The position numbers were made by a program, and so were the translations under genes. Shown one piece after another: positions 35,168 to 45,910 of a stretch of DNA of 64,000 bases (within the stretch, counting starts at the first letter, position 1; each line of letters starts with the position of its first letter). The notes under the pieces are model-generated. The model was not told the DNA's origin. It saw only the letters and a program-made list of their open reading frames with translations, and made no database searches. This DNA is from Klebsormidium nitens. Its lineage: Eukaryota > Plantae > Klebsormidiophyceae. Location of the stretch: NCBI GenBank assembly GCA_000708835.1, contig DF236976.1, forward strand, positions 248,001 through 312,000. Direction: 5' to 3'.

Positions 35168-37082
35168 TCATATGTGCTTCCATCCGATCCTCTGCCATTC
35201 GACATGCCGGTACTCCGAGTCTACTCCATGAAGAGAGTCTTGCAAGCTGCGTGCAGCTTCAATGAGGGCAACGCATGAGACGATCTTACGATGGGCCTCG
35301 TGATTGAAAATATCAAGATCATAAAAGTCGACTATCTGCTTTGAGCACATGATATTCTCAAGACTACCCGAGCAGGCAACTACATGTCATGCCATGCAAA
35401 CGACAAGTAGCTCGGTTAACGCTTGCACAAACACATCACATGACTGGTTGCTGAAGTGAGCATGCCCATACTCCCAAAGACCAGGCTTGTTGCTTGATTG
35501 CATGAACATATGCAGTAGGGTTTCCGTAAGATGGTCTTACTGCTGTGAGCCAAAAGCTGGCTATGTTTTGTCGCGTGGGCTTCTATGATTTAGGTGATAA
35601 TCCATCTGACAGTGCAAATCAATTCGTGAATCTTCGCGTATCCCGTCTTTGAACTTCCTCGCACTCCTGTCAATCTGGTTACTAAAGACAGGCGCTCCAT
35701 CTTGCAAATCCTTCTGTTCTCTCCTGCGCCTCACCTCTCTGCAGGCTGCAAGTCCTTGACTCTTCCCTTGACCGCTCAACTCCAACCGTTTGAGTGAAGT
35801 AAGAGTCCTCAAGATGTCCAAGCAACTAGATACCGCTGGAACAAGGTCGACATCCCACCGAGAAGCAAACAGACAAGATAAGACCTAACTCCACATTGGG
35901 AGACAAACATAATGGAAGGGGAAAACGCCAGAGACTCGTAATGTCTTGATCCAATCTCTGGAGCTGGCCGGACTTGAACCGGCATCTCTCAGTGCACTTG
36001 TGAGACACGAGATGAGAGTTCACTGGGGTTCCCTCCCACCCATGATTTTAACTGCAGATTTGACCCGATTGACTGAGCTAGAGCGGCGATTTGAGTGACT
36101 GACATGCCACTTGGACTGGTGTGGACATGCAGCGGGTGCCAACCCTGAGCCTGTGGGTGTTGCAGCTCCCCAAGTGCACTTGGCGCTCTGCCTTGAGCTA
36201 CAGCCCCTCCGGAAGAATGATCGAATGAGAGTAACAGAACTCTATCTGAGTAGGAACTCTTTCTGAGCAATTGCTTCTGAAGAATTGACCAATTAACTTC
36301 CATCAATCGTCTCTGAATGACACAGAACCAAGAACGGGAAGGACAGCATAACAGGCAGCCAGAGCTGTCGGGATAGACAGAAAGATTTAACGAGTATGAG
36401 GAACTCAGATTCGATCAATGCTCAGCATGCATCGTCTTGTTCAAGTGCTCACTCTTCAGAGATGCAAGGGCAAAACTCAGACTCGCCTTGGCGTCAGCAT
36501 TGGCTTTGAACAGCAGGCCTGAGCGGTACAGAACCTTGAGCAGGAGCGCACCAAGCAAAGGATCTTCAAAGCCTAGAGATTAAACTAACATCATCATTGT
36601 TTGGCCCTCAGACAACAGGTGGACTTACATCCAACGAAGCAACTATTTGTTCAGAAGGGTTGTGGTTGCAACCTTCGCATCATCTTTCCAACCTCTATGC
36701 GGATTCTTGCAGCTCATTGTCGACAAATGCTGCATCAGAGGCGGCCAAAAGGAGCAGAAAAGCAGATTGTCGTTTGCAAACAAGAAACGGCCAGAATAAC
36801 CAGGCCTGATATGGAGTAACACGGCAATCATACTCCACATGGGGCGAGCGTGGCAAAGAATTAAATTTGTGTCTGCATGGCCACCCGTTTTTTAAACTCG
36901 CGTTCCCTTACAAAAGGCAAGCAAGCGAACAATAACCACGCCCTTCGCCGTCCATGACTCTGAGCGCCATTTCCCCCAGACATTGCTACCTCAGTACCTG
37001 GGGAGTCTGGACACGTACTGGAGACGTCGCTATCTCCATTTTGCAAGGGTGCACCTTTACCATTCAGAAATGTAGCGTCCAT
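35168..37082 (-). pseudogene. Possible multi-exon gene or pseudogene of unknown function with one LRR-like exon; spans element E2
   Basis: AG/GT-bounded segment ~35877-35728 reads VLSCLFASRWDVDLVPAVSSCLDILRTLTSLKRLELSG...; terminal-exon-like 35337-35168; ATG at 37082 divergent from XPO4. I could not join the middle exons in frame. Confidence 0.3.
35959..36207 (-). ncRNA. tRNA-framed element E2 (249 nt): tRNA-Ala-like ends with the anticodon arm replaced by a 10-bp helix and a ~165-nt insert
   Basis: 5' GGGGCTG-TA-GCTC-AAGGCA-GAGC-G; 3' AGAT-GCCGG-TTCAAGT-CCGGC-CAGCTCC-A. Perfect D- and T-stems, G3-U70 wobble, A73; helix AGTGCACTTG/CAAGTGCACT. Confidence 0.75.
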
Positions 37083-37323
37083 TACCAGGATTCGTCAAGT
37101 AATTTCGGTATGTTCGTCGTCCTAGTTCGCAGCGTCTGCAAGCTTTGCAACGGAGCCTGGGGAAAGAAGACTTGCAGTACGGCACCTAGCCGCTACTCCT
37201 AGCACAGAAGGGCGGCTCTGGGATCGAAGACCTGCCAGTGGAACCTGAAGATCTATGCACGTTGTTAATGCTCAGCTGCTGTTGAATGAATCGAGCGAAC
37301 AGGGTCCGTACTGAGAGAGTCCG

Positions 37324-40300
37324 ATGGAGGAGGTGCTTCATACCTTTGAGCGAGCGTGCGCGGACCTGCAGGTAACTCGTCGGTGGAGGACTGGTTCCCG
37401 GTACATTGACCTTCCTCTCCCAGTTGTCAGCATCTCAGTGTAGATCTTGCGAATTATGAGGAGCCTGCAAGAATCTCGTGCAAGGCAGCCAGTGTTTCTT
37501 CATGTCATGCTCGTGTTTCTTCTTCAAATTCGGCATTGCGCACAGAACAGGGGAATTGTCGGAAGAGGTGTCGGGTTGCAGCAACCCTGTTGTACCCATC
37601 ATTTTATTGAAGAAACTTACTCGTGTCTCTTGTCAAGCCTATCTAATTCGCAAGCAGATTATTCGTTTTCACCACCATTTTTGACCAAATTACCTCAGTT
37701 TCACTACACGCTTAATGAATGGTGCCTTCCCGACGTGCACGCTCCACATCAAACTTTAAAATCCTGCTTGTGGATTGATCACCGAATGGGGCCTCAATCG
37801 AAGCGATATGTCCTACAACTTTGATTTCACTTCTCTGCGTGCGCAGGTTCCGGAGACGCGTGCACACGCAGAGGCCGTACTCCTAGCGTTCAAGAAGTCG
37901 CCGCAACCGCTGCAAGCATGCCGCTTCATCCTGGACCATTCGCAGAGCCCGCTGGCGCGCTTCCAGGCCGCCTCGGTCTTGCAGGAAGCGGGCATCAGGG
38001 AATGGAGCCCCATGTCGCTGGACGAGCGATGGGGACTGAGATCGTGAGTTCGTCGTGCAATCTTGTTAACGTGCGAGCACTCTGCTTGGCAGCCTTTTAT
38101 AGATGCACACGTGTGGTAGTACAGACCAGGTCATCAGACTCGGCTGAGCCGGTATTTGCCTGATGAGGACATTTCGAAGGGCGCTTCACAACGGGAAGAC
38201 AAGCTGTTGGGACCATGCACAAGCCCGAGTGATAGCTTTTAGCTTCCTATCCTCCTTTGTAGACACATTTTTCTGTCCATTGTTCACAAGGATGCAACAC
38301 TTGTAAAGACAGGGCTTCTAGAGAAACTTCTCGAAGATCTTATGCTCCGGGTAGTATCTGGGTTAGCCCTGGCACTCTACTGATTCGCCGCTTGTTCCAG
38401 AACTTATGATTTGCACATCTCCTATTTCAGGTACTGTCTGCAATGGGCCCTGGCCCATGCCGACGACCCCGCCGGCTTTGTTCGCGGCAAGATGCTGGCA
38501 GTGGTCGCTATTCTACTGAAGCGGGGCTGGTCGGAGAACAATCCATCGGACAGGGACAGCTTCATACGGGATTTGCAACATGCGGCGACGGGCGCCGGAG
38601 GCCCCGCTGTGCAGAAAACCGCACTGTCGCTGCTCGAAGCAATTGTGAGCGCCTCGATGTTCCTTCAGCGGGTCCTTTCGTTTCTTTTAGAGTACAAACG
38701 GCTTGGAACAGAAACGCTCTCTTGGGGGCTTCTTGCTTTGATTAGAGCGCTTAATGCACAAGCGCGTGCGTTATAGACCGACACCCGTTGATGTTTGCAC
38801 GTTCGTCAACCCGAGTTGCCCAAACCTCAAAACAAACCCGTCAAAGAAGGCACTTGCAAGATGAACGTGCTTATGGCATCGTCGGCAAAGCAACGGTGGT
38901 GCAATTGCGGTCACTTCAATGTCATTTCTCAGTAATGAAAGCTAAATTGCCTCTCCCCTTGTACTTTTTCATAGTGATTGGATTCAGTGGCTTTTTCTCA
39001 CAACTCCTGAAGCACAGTACCTGCTTCCAGGTGTCTGAGTTCGCCCCCTCTACCGCCAGCCCAATGGGCCTTTCCGCCGAGTACCACGAGCAGTGCCGCG
39101 CATCCCTCGAACGCGACTACCTGCGCCAGTTCTACCTCTGGGCTCAGCAAGCGGCCCACAGCGCCGCCGCCCAGATCGCCCACCAGAACGACACGCCCAC
39201 CCACGTCGAGATCTGCGCCCAGGCCTTCAAGCTCATGGCGCACGTGCTCGGCTGGGACTTCCGAGGCCCTGTTCGGAGGCACGCCGCCGCGTTCTCCAGT
39301 GGCCGAAGCGCGTCCGAACCGTCCGGCAGGGCCTCGCGGAAGGAAGGCGACGGGCATCCTGCTCCGGGGGCGGAGTGGGGGGAGGTTCTGCTCAATCCGG
39401 AGAGCGTAGATTGGGTTATCGGGTTTTATGCGAACTTGCGGCGGATTGGAGGCCTTCCGGGCCTGGCGGGGGGGTTGGGACAGGGCTGGGAGGATGCCCC
39501 CCTCGCAGTGGCGGCACGCCAGGTCATCGTACTTTTGTGTGGGCTGACGGGGGAAGTATTTGGAAAGGACGAGGGTGCCAGGAGAGCGCACTTGCAACGG
39601 CTGCTGACGGGGGTGATGACGTGGCTGGTCCCTGCTGACGTGGCGGTGCAGAAGGCGGCAAATGGGAGTGAGGCGGAGCTGCTGGACGGTTGCAGGTGAG
39701 ACCGTACCCGATCTTTCGGTTTGTTCTGTTCTTCGACTCTCTTACGAAGCGTCGGAAGGAAATCTCCCCAAAAGTTCCTCCCCCTGACTCACGACCGGTC
39801 TGAAGCAAGTACGCTTCCTCAATGTCTTTATGAGCCCCCAGGAATGTTTGTGTCCTGGAAGCTCGTTTCTGAAGCCTCTTCTAGCGTCTGATTGTACTGT
39901 CCCTTCCCACGGTCCATGCTTTGTGCAGAATCTGAAGGCAACCTGCATGAGGGCCCGAAGGCCCTTCTCACCTGCGGCAAATCGTCGCCATCGTTCTTAA
40001 ACCCCTCGTTGTATCCGACCATGAATCTCGAGCGCGTCCCTCCCTTTGATTTACCTGCCGGGCCTTCGTCACCCTTTATTTCTCTAGTTGACCTTTTCGA
40101 ACTTTCGTATCATTCTGGAGACGTCTCCGTTTCATTTCTCAAAGAATTCAGTCTTCTGGTCTTTGCAGGGCGCTCGCCGCCCTCTCGTGCCACTTTTCCG
40201 CCGCCGCGTTCAACCAGGCCGCCCCCCCGGCTGCTCCTGACCGCGCGGGCGCGATCCACTCCATCGCCGCGCTTTCCTCCGTGGTGATGTCAGCGGGCGG

Positions 40301-43300
40301 TGTCGCTGACGTCAGCAGCGAAACTTGGGCCGGAGAGGCCCTCGACAGCCTGCTGGACACGTGGATGCAGCTGATTGACCCTCCAACGAAACACGTGTCC
40401 CCGCATGACGCCACGCCCACATCAGCAGCAGAGTCGGCAGGGGAAGTGTTCCGGGCGTATGTGGCTGCGGGGATAGCCTATGCGAAAGCGTCGGCGCATG
40501 AGGAGGACGACAGCTCGGAGCGAGTTCTAGCTGCGACGGCCGCACGGGACGAACGCTTGGCGGCAGCTGCGGGGCTGGCACGTGTCAGTCCGGCATTCGC
40601 TCTTCCGATGCTGAGTCAGCTTTTTGCCGAGCGGCGGGCAAGACTGCAGGCGTTAGCGCAAGCCGGGGGCGACTCGACGGAAACGATGGAAGAGTTATAC
40701 TGGTTGCTGCTAGCGGTGGGACACGTCATGGCTGACGGGGGGGAGGGCGAGGACCCCGAGGTGCCGCATAGCTTATTGCAGCTGAGCATAAGGTATGCGA
40801 CGGACGTGGACCGGGACCCTGTGACGGCGCTCTCAAGAGCCGTCCTCGACTTTGCATGCGTGGGCCTCAGCGCCGAGGGGCGCCATAGCTTATTGAGCCC
40901 TCGGCTTATGGAGGCTCTGGTTTGGTTCCTGGCTCGGTGGGCCGGTACGTACCTCATGCGGGAGCGGGGCCGTACCCGCTCGGCAGGGGGCGCTCAGAAC
41001 GGTGTGAATGGGCACGGGCCGGTCAGCGAGGCCGAGGGTTACCCCGCTCTGGACGGGGCCTTTGGCGAGCAGAGTGGCGGAGCTAACACTTTGGAGGCCC
41101 TGTTACGGATCGCGCTCGTTTCGCTGCTCGAGTGGCCGGGGGAAAAAGACCTACAGGCAATGGTCTGCCAAAAACTCCTCCCCGCGCTAACCCGCCGCAA
41201 AACCCTCTGCCGACACCTGGTGAAAATCGGCCCCTGGCAGGAGCTAGCTCAGGCGTTTGCAACCCTCGCACCGCCCCTTATCGCCATCGAAACCTCCCTC
41301 CAAAGGTCACTGAGCGAGTCCCTCTCTCGTGGAGCAATCGGCTTCGACGATAAAGAAACGGCAGCCCAGTACGTCGACTCGATTCTCGGACCCGTAGTGA
41401 GACGTCTGGCGGAACTGGTGGGCACTCCGGAGTTTGGACACGTGGCGCAGCGACCGGACGTCCAAAATCTGGTCGGCGCGCTTTTGGAACGCCTCAGGGG
41501 GGCGGCCAGAGCGTGCGGGCCACGGACTCAGACCCCCCTGTTTGCAATGGGGGTCGCCGCGTTTGAGCCGATGCTTGTGCTACTGCAGGTGAGGAGTCGG
41601 CGATGAGAAATGTTCCTGGACGCACGTCAACGGGCCGCTTTTGAGAGTTTCGGAACTGTGTCCCAAAGCTCTTTCAGGATCAGCAGATTCGAATGTTTAT
41701 GAAAGCAAGCGCAGAGAAAATATCTCTTACCCGCTGTTTGAGCCGATGCTAGTGCTGCTGCAGGTGAGGAGTCGCAGTAAAAGCTTTCCTTTCTTAACGG
41801 CTTGTGTTTTTGGAGGCACGTCTGTGAGTTCTGCGCCTCATGCAGAACTCTTGAAAATGTTTCATGACGAGGTGTTTGTGGAGCTCTGTGTGGATAGCCT
41901 CAAGCAACTAAATGGGGGTAAAGGTCTTTTGACAAGATTAGGTGTATTGTGCCTTCTTGCCTTCTCTACTTCACAGTCGTCAAGTGGAGCACTTGTGAAC
42001 ATGTGTGCGAATCTGTCAGGTACATGCCGAGCGAGGTCGCGTTCACTCCATACACTTATCCAGCTTTTTGTAGCTCCTTCTTCTTAGCGCAGAGCGTTTG
42101 TCTTTCCCGCAGGTTTACCACAATCAGCCGCAGATCGCGTACCTGGTTCTCAAGTTCGTGGTCACGTGGGTCGAGTCCCAAGTCGCGCACCTGAGCCCCG
42201 ACGGCATGGCCGCCATGCTGCGCTTCTGCCTGGCGCTCCTTCAGGTCTACTCCAGGAACAACATGGGCAAGGTAGGGGGCCGCTGACGTCATAAGCCGGT
42301 TGATGACGTTGCTCTCAAATCACAGCTGCAAGTCTGAAGACTTATCGGTCCCTGGCAGGACTTGTTTTGCATCGGGCTTGCCATAAAACTTGTGAAACGA
42401 CTCTGCGCTAAGGCACTGAAGTACATGTGGTCCTGCTGCTTTGCTCCTCACTTCAAGCATAGGGCTTTTTTGAGACATTTTCTGACCGCGTCTGGTTGAG
42501 TTTCTCGATGATAATGTTTGACTGGAGTCTAAGAAAGGTCATTTCCGCAATGCCATTATAAATCCGACTCTGACGGTGGTTATCAGGACTTTCGATAGCT
42601 CCGACTTTCATACTGCATTGTCCAATTAAAGAGATTGCAAGCAAATTGTCTGCAGTATGAAAACATCCCGCAGAAGATTAGTTTTTCCTAGAATACCCAT
42701 CTTCTGGCTTACAGACTCTCTCGCATGGCTTCTATGTTCCCTCGTCGTTTCATGACGATCTCTGAAACGGGTCTGCTCATGCTCGGGCACCTTGAAGTCG
42801 CGAGCAAGATGTTTGCACGGCCAGTCTGCATTTCAATGGTGCAAAATCCATGGAAGTCGACAGTATACCATCTCCCCGCCTTTGTCGAACTATCGGATCC
42901 TCCGTCGAAAGAAAACAACATCTTGGGTGCGAGGTTGAGGGGTCCGAGATTATCATGGTTCCGACGTCGCTTCTTATGGTCGCCAGGTGTCGTTGGACGC
43001 TGGCTCCGCCCTGGCCAGCGAGAACCGCTCCGAGAAGTACAAGGACCTGCGCGCACTGCTGCTGCTGCTCATGCACCTCACGTCCAAGGACCTGGTGAGT
43101 GGTCGGTATGCTTTGCAAATACTGCTCTTTGCGTCAAAGTCGGCACCCGAGCTCGGATCAGAACGCGCGTTCCTCGATCACGAGTCGCGATGTCAATTCT
43201 CGATGTTCCCCTGCAACCCCCCCGGACGGACTCCGATGCGGTAGTAACCGCTAATTACCAGGGAACTCGGCCGGCCGAACCACAATAAGCGTTTCAGGGG

Positions 43301-45281
43301 GGATGTCTATCAAGGATCGAGGACCGACTTTGCCACTCGAGATCGAGGACCGCGCGTTTTGATCCGAGCTTGGGTGCCAAGTTTGACGCAAACAGCAGTA
43401 CCGTACCAACGTTTGATTCCCTCAAAAAGTAGGCAACTATCTGGCCTGCCGAAAATCTCGGAAAATATTCGAGGGAGTGATGGACCAATAAGTTATATTG
43501 TGGCAGGTAACACAGGGTCTGCCAAACCCCTGGATCATTGCGAGGTCAGTCACTTGGCGTCGAACCTAACGAAATCAAACGCTCATGCGGTCTATGAGTA
43601 ACAAGCAGCTATGAACATTGGAATCATTCACCGAGCGAACGAACACGATGAACCCCTGACCTCAGGATGCGCTCCGCACCCGCAGTTCACCCTGACCCCC
43701 AACAAAAGCCAGTCGTCCCTGGCGCTTGACCTCGTGACCAATGGACCTCGTCAAACATAGATCGGAATATATGTTATTTTCACTTACCACCGACCTTGCG
43801 CGACAAAGTAGTCAGCATTGCCCATACTGTGTGGGCCAAAGGATGAGAATGCGGACGTGGAGTTATCCCTTTGCCTCTTTATCTACTCGACATGGTGATT
43901 GCTTCATCCAAGGCGCGTTTCAATGTTAATACCCACTGGTTTCAGAAGCTCCTCGCCTGTTCAGTCATCTCAGGAAGCCTTACCTAGGTCCTGAACTGTC
44001 ATGGCTTTCACCACAAACGTTCGTACTCGTGACAGGTCCGTTCCCTTCTTGCTTACTTCTTTCTTGACCATTGTCAGCGGTGTCTTTCCTACCGCAAGTC
44101 GGCGGTATCTGCAAACCCTTTGATTCATCGCACTTGTCTCGCAGGTCGATTTCGGCACCCCTACCGCCTCCCCCGGCGGCGAAGCCCCTGACGTGGCGCA
44201 GGTCGTCTTCGTGGGCCTGTCCATCGTCATCCCGCTGATCTCGGTGGACCTTTTAAAGTTCCCCAAGCTCTGCCGCCAGTACTTCTCCCTCCTCGCGCAC
44301 ATGCTGGAAGTCTACCCGGAAAAGGTGGCCGGCCTGCCGCCGCCCCAGTTTGCGTCAATAGTCGCCACGCTCGACTTCGGGTTGCGACACCAGGTGCGGC
44401 GTTCGAACTTTGTTGTCCAAAGTTTTGGTCTGGGTTCATGGCGGTTGTCGCGAGATCCACTTGTCGTGGATTCAGAAAAAAGTGTTACCTTACCGCCCAA
44501 TCTCTCCATGTTTGTCGCGCCTTCCCTGCGAGAGCTCGTGCGACGCTGCAGAAATCTTGTCAGGGTTGTGAACAAACTTTGCCCTTCTCAGAGTCCCGGC
44601 AGCATCAGGTGCCAGATCAGATTAAGCACCTTTCGAGCTCTTGAAACCAGTGACGGCAGCTTTGTAACGGAGACTTTACCAGCCAATAGCTAACAATGTC
44701 GCAATGTGTTTGGCGGATTTGATCGGCCGCACTCTAAGGAAACCTAGGAGATTATTGAAGAAGGCATTCAGACAGGAATCTGGAATTTGTACTTGTTTAC
44801 CCACTATTCATACCAGCTGCTGACATTAACTTGTTGACCGCTGCAGGAGCCTGACGTCATTACGCTCTCGCTGGAGGCCCTGTCCGGGGTTGCCTCCTTC
44901 CACCACGTGGCGGCGTCCAGAGGCGAGCCCGGGCTGGGCGTACACGTGTCCGGAGCGTCCGAAAGTGTGCTCGCGCACTTTTTGCGAGCGCTTTTACACC
45001 TCCTCTTGTTCGAGGATTACAGCAGCGACATAGTCGAGCCCGCTGCGAATGCGCTCCTGCCGCTAATCTTGTGTGAACAGGCGCTGTATCAGAAGCTGGG
45101 GCATGAGCTCCTGACCGGACAGTCGGACGCAGAGTTACAGAACAGGTTAGCGTCCGCACTGCATACGTTACTAAGCATTAACGGAGTAGGGACGACCTTG
45201 GACAGGGGTAATAAACGGAAGTTCAGGCAGAATCTGCAAGCGTTCCTGACAGATGTGCGCAGCTTCTTGAGGACTAAGTAG
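37324..45281 (+). CDS. XPO4: Exportin-4 (importin-beta family), multi-exon
   Basis: MEEVLHTFERACADLQ|..QACRFILDHSQSPLARFQAA..IREW, |YCLQ..KMLAVVAILLKRGW, EYHEQCRASLERDYL, SETWAGEALDSLLDTW, DLLKFPKLCRQYFSLLAHMLEVYPEK, and C-terminal TLDRGNKRKFRQNLQAFLTDVRSFLRTK*. Confidence 0.93.
41561..41774 (+). repeat. 39-nt duplication of an XPO4 exon end plus splice donor, second copy 175 nt downstream in the intron
   Basis: gtttgagccgatgct(t/a)gtgct(a/g)ctgcag|gtgaggagtcg at 41561-41599 and 41736-41774. Confidence 0.9.
43120..43400. mobile_element. ~277-bp foldback MITE flanked by TA, in an XPO4 intron
   Basis: ~70-bp inverted repeat with few mismatches: ctgctctttgcgtcaaagtcggcacccgagctcggatcagaacgcgcgttcctcgatc (from 43122) versus gatcgaggaccgcgcgttttgatccgagcttgggtgccaagtttgacgcaaacagcag (to 43398). 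TA on both sides. Confidence 0.75.
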
Positions 45282-45910
45282 GTCGTATAGTTGAATGAGA
45301 TCAACAAATCCTTCAGAAAATAAATCTGGGAGCAGAGACAAACAAGTCACTGTCAAAGGTTCTACAAATAGAACGGAAGCTCATATGGTTGCTGGTGGAT
45401 GTTGTGGATGTTGATTTGGCTGCACGTTGCACGCATACGGTGGGCTTAACGATCAACTGTTTGTTAAGCAGCTTCCCTTTGCCGCCTTCATATAGTGCAT
45501 TGAACAATCATGCTGATCAGCCACTTAAGCTTACGGGCAGCCTGACAAGTATAGTATAGTAGGGCCCATAGGTGATTGCCAACATATAGCGTTAATGATG
45601 TGATCCGTACGTTGATTTCAACATAGCAAGCAATCTTAAGAAGGCGTCATGCATATGCAGTGTGCCCGCTCAGCAACATGCGGTCATGCAGATAACCTCA
45701 AGCTATAAGAGCTCATGCCACGTGATTGATGCTCGGTGCGACAAATTGCAAGGCGGACTTAACAATCCAGATCTCTTCTCTCTTCAAAACGCTAGCCACT
45801 TGGGCCACAGGCTTCTCCGGCACGCGGTAGATGTTCTGTTTATATGGATACAATCACTGTTGGAAGAAGAGCCTCACATGCGTAGGCACTGCGCAGAATG
45901 ACCGTCTTGG

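Noticed and set aside
35991-36180. CAAGTGCACT at both E2 insert borders read as a 10-bp TSD
   Set aside because: The motif is part of a palindrome, so it is equally an inverted repeat; collapsing it leaves a 67-nt RNA lacking an anticodon arm, and E1 has a helix of different sequence at the same place.
40169-40290. Apparent frameshift in XPO4 before ORF 40281
   Set aside because: Counting the C7 run shows the exon is in frame (RALAALSCHF...PDRAGAIHS).
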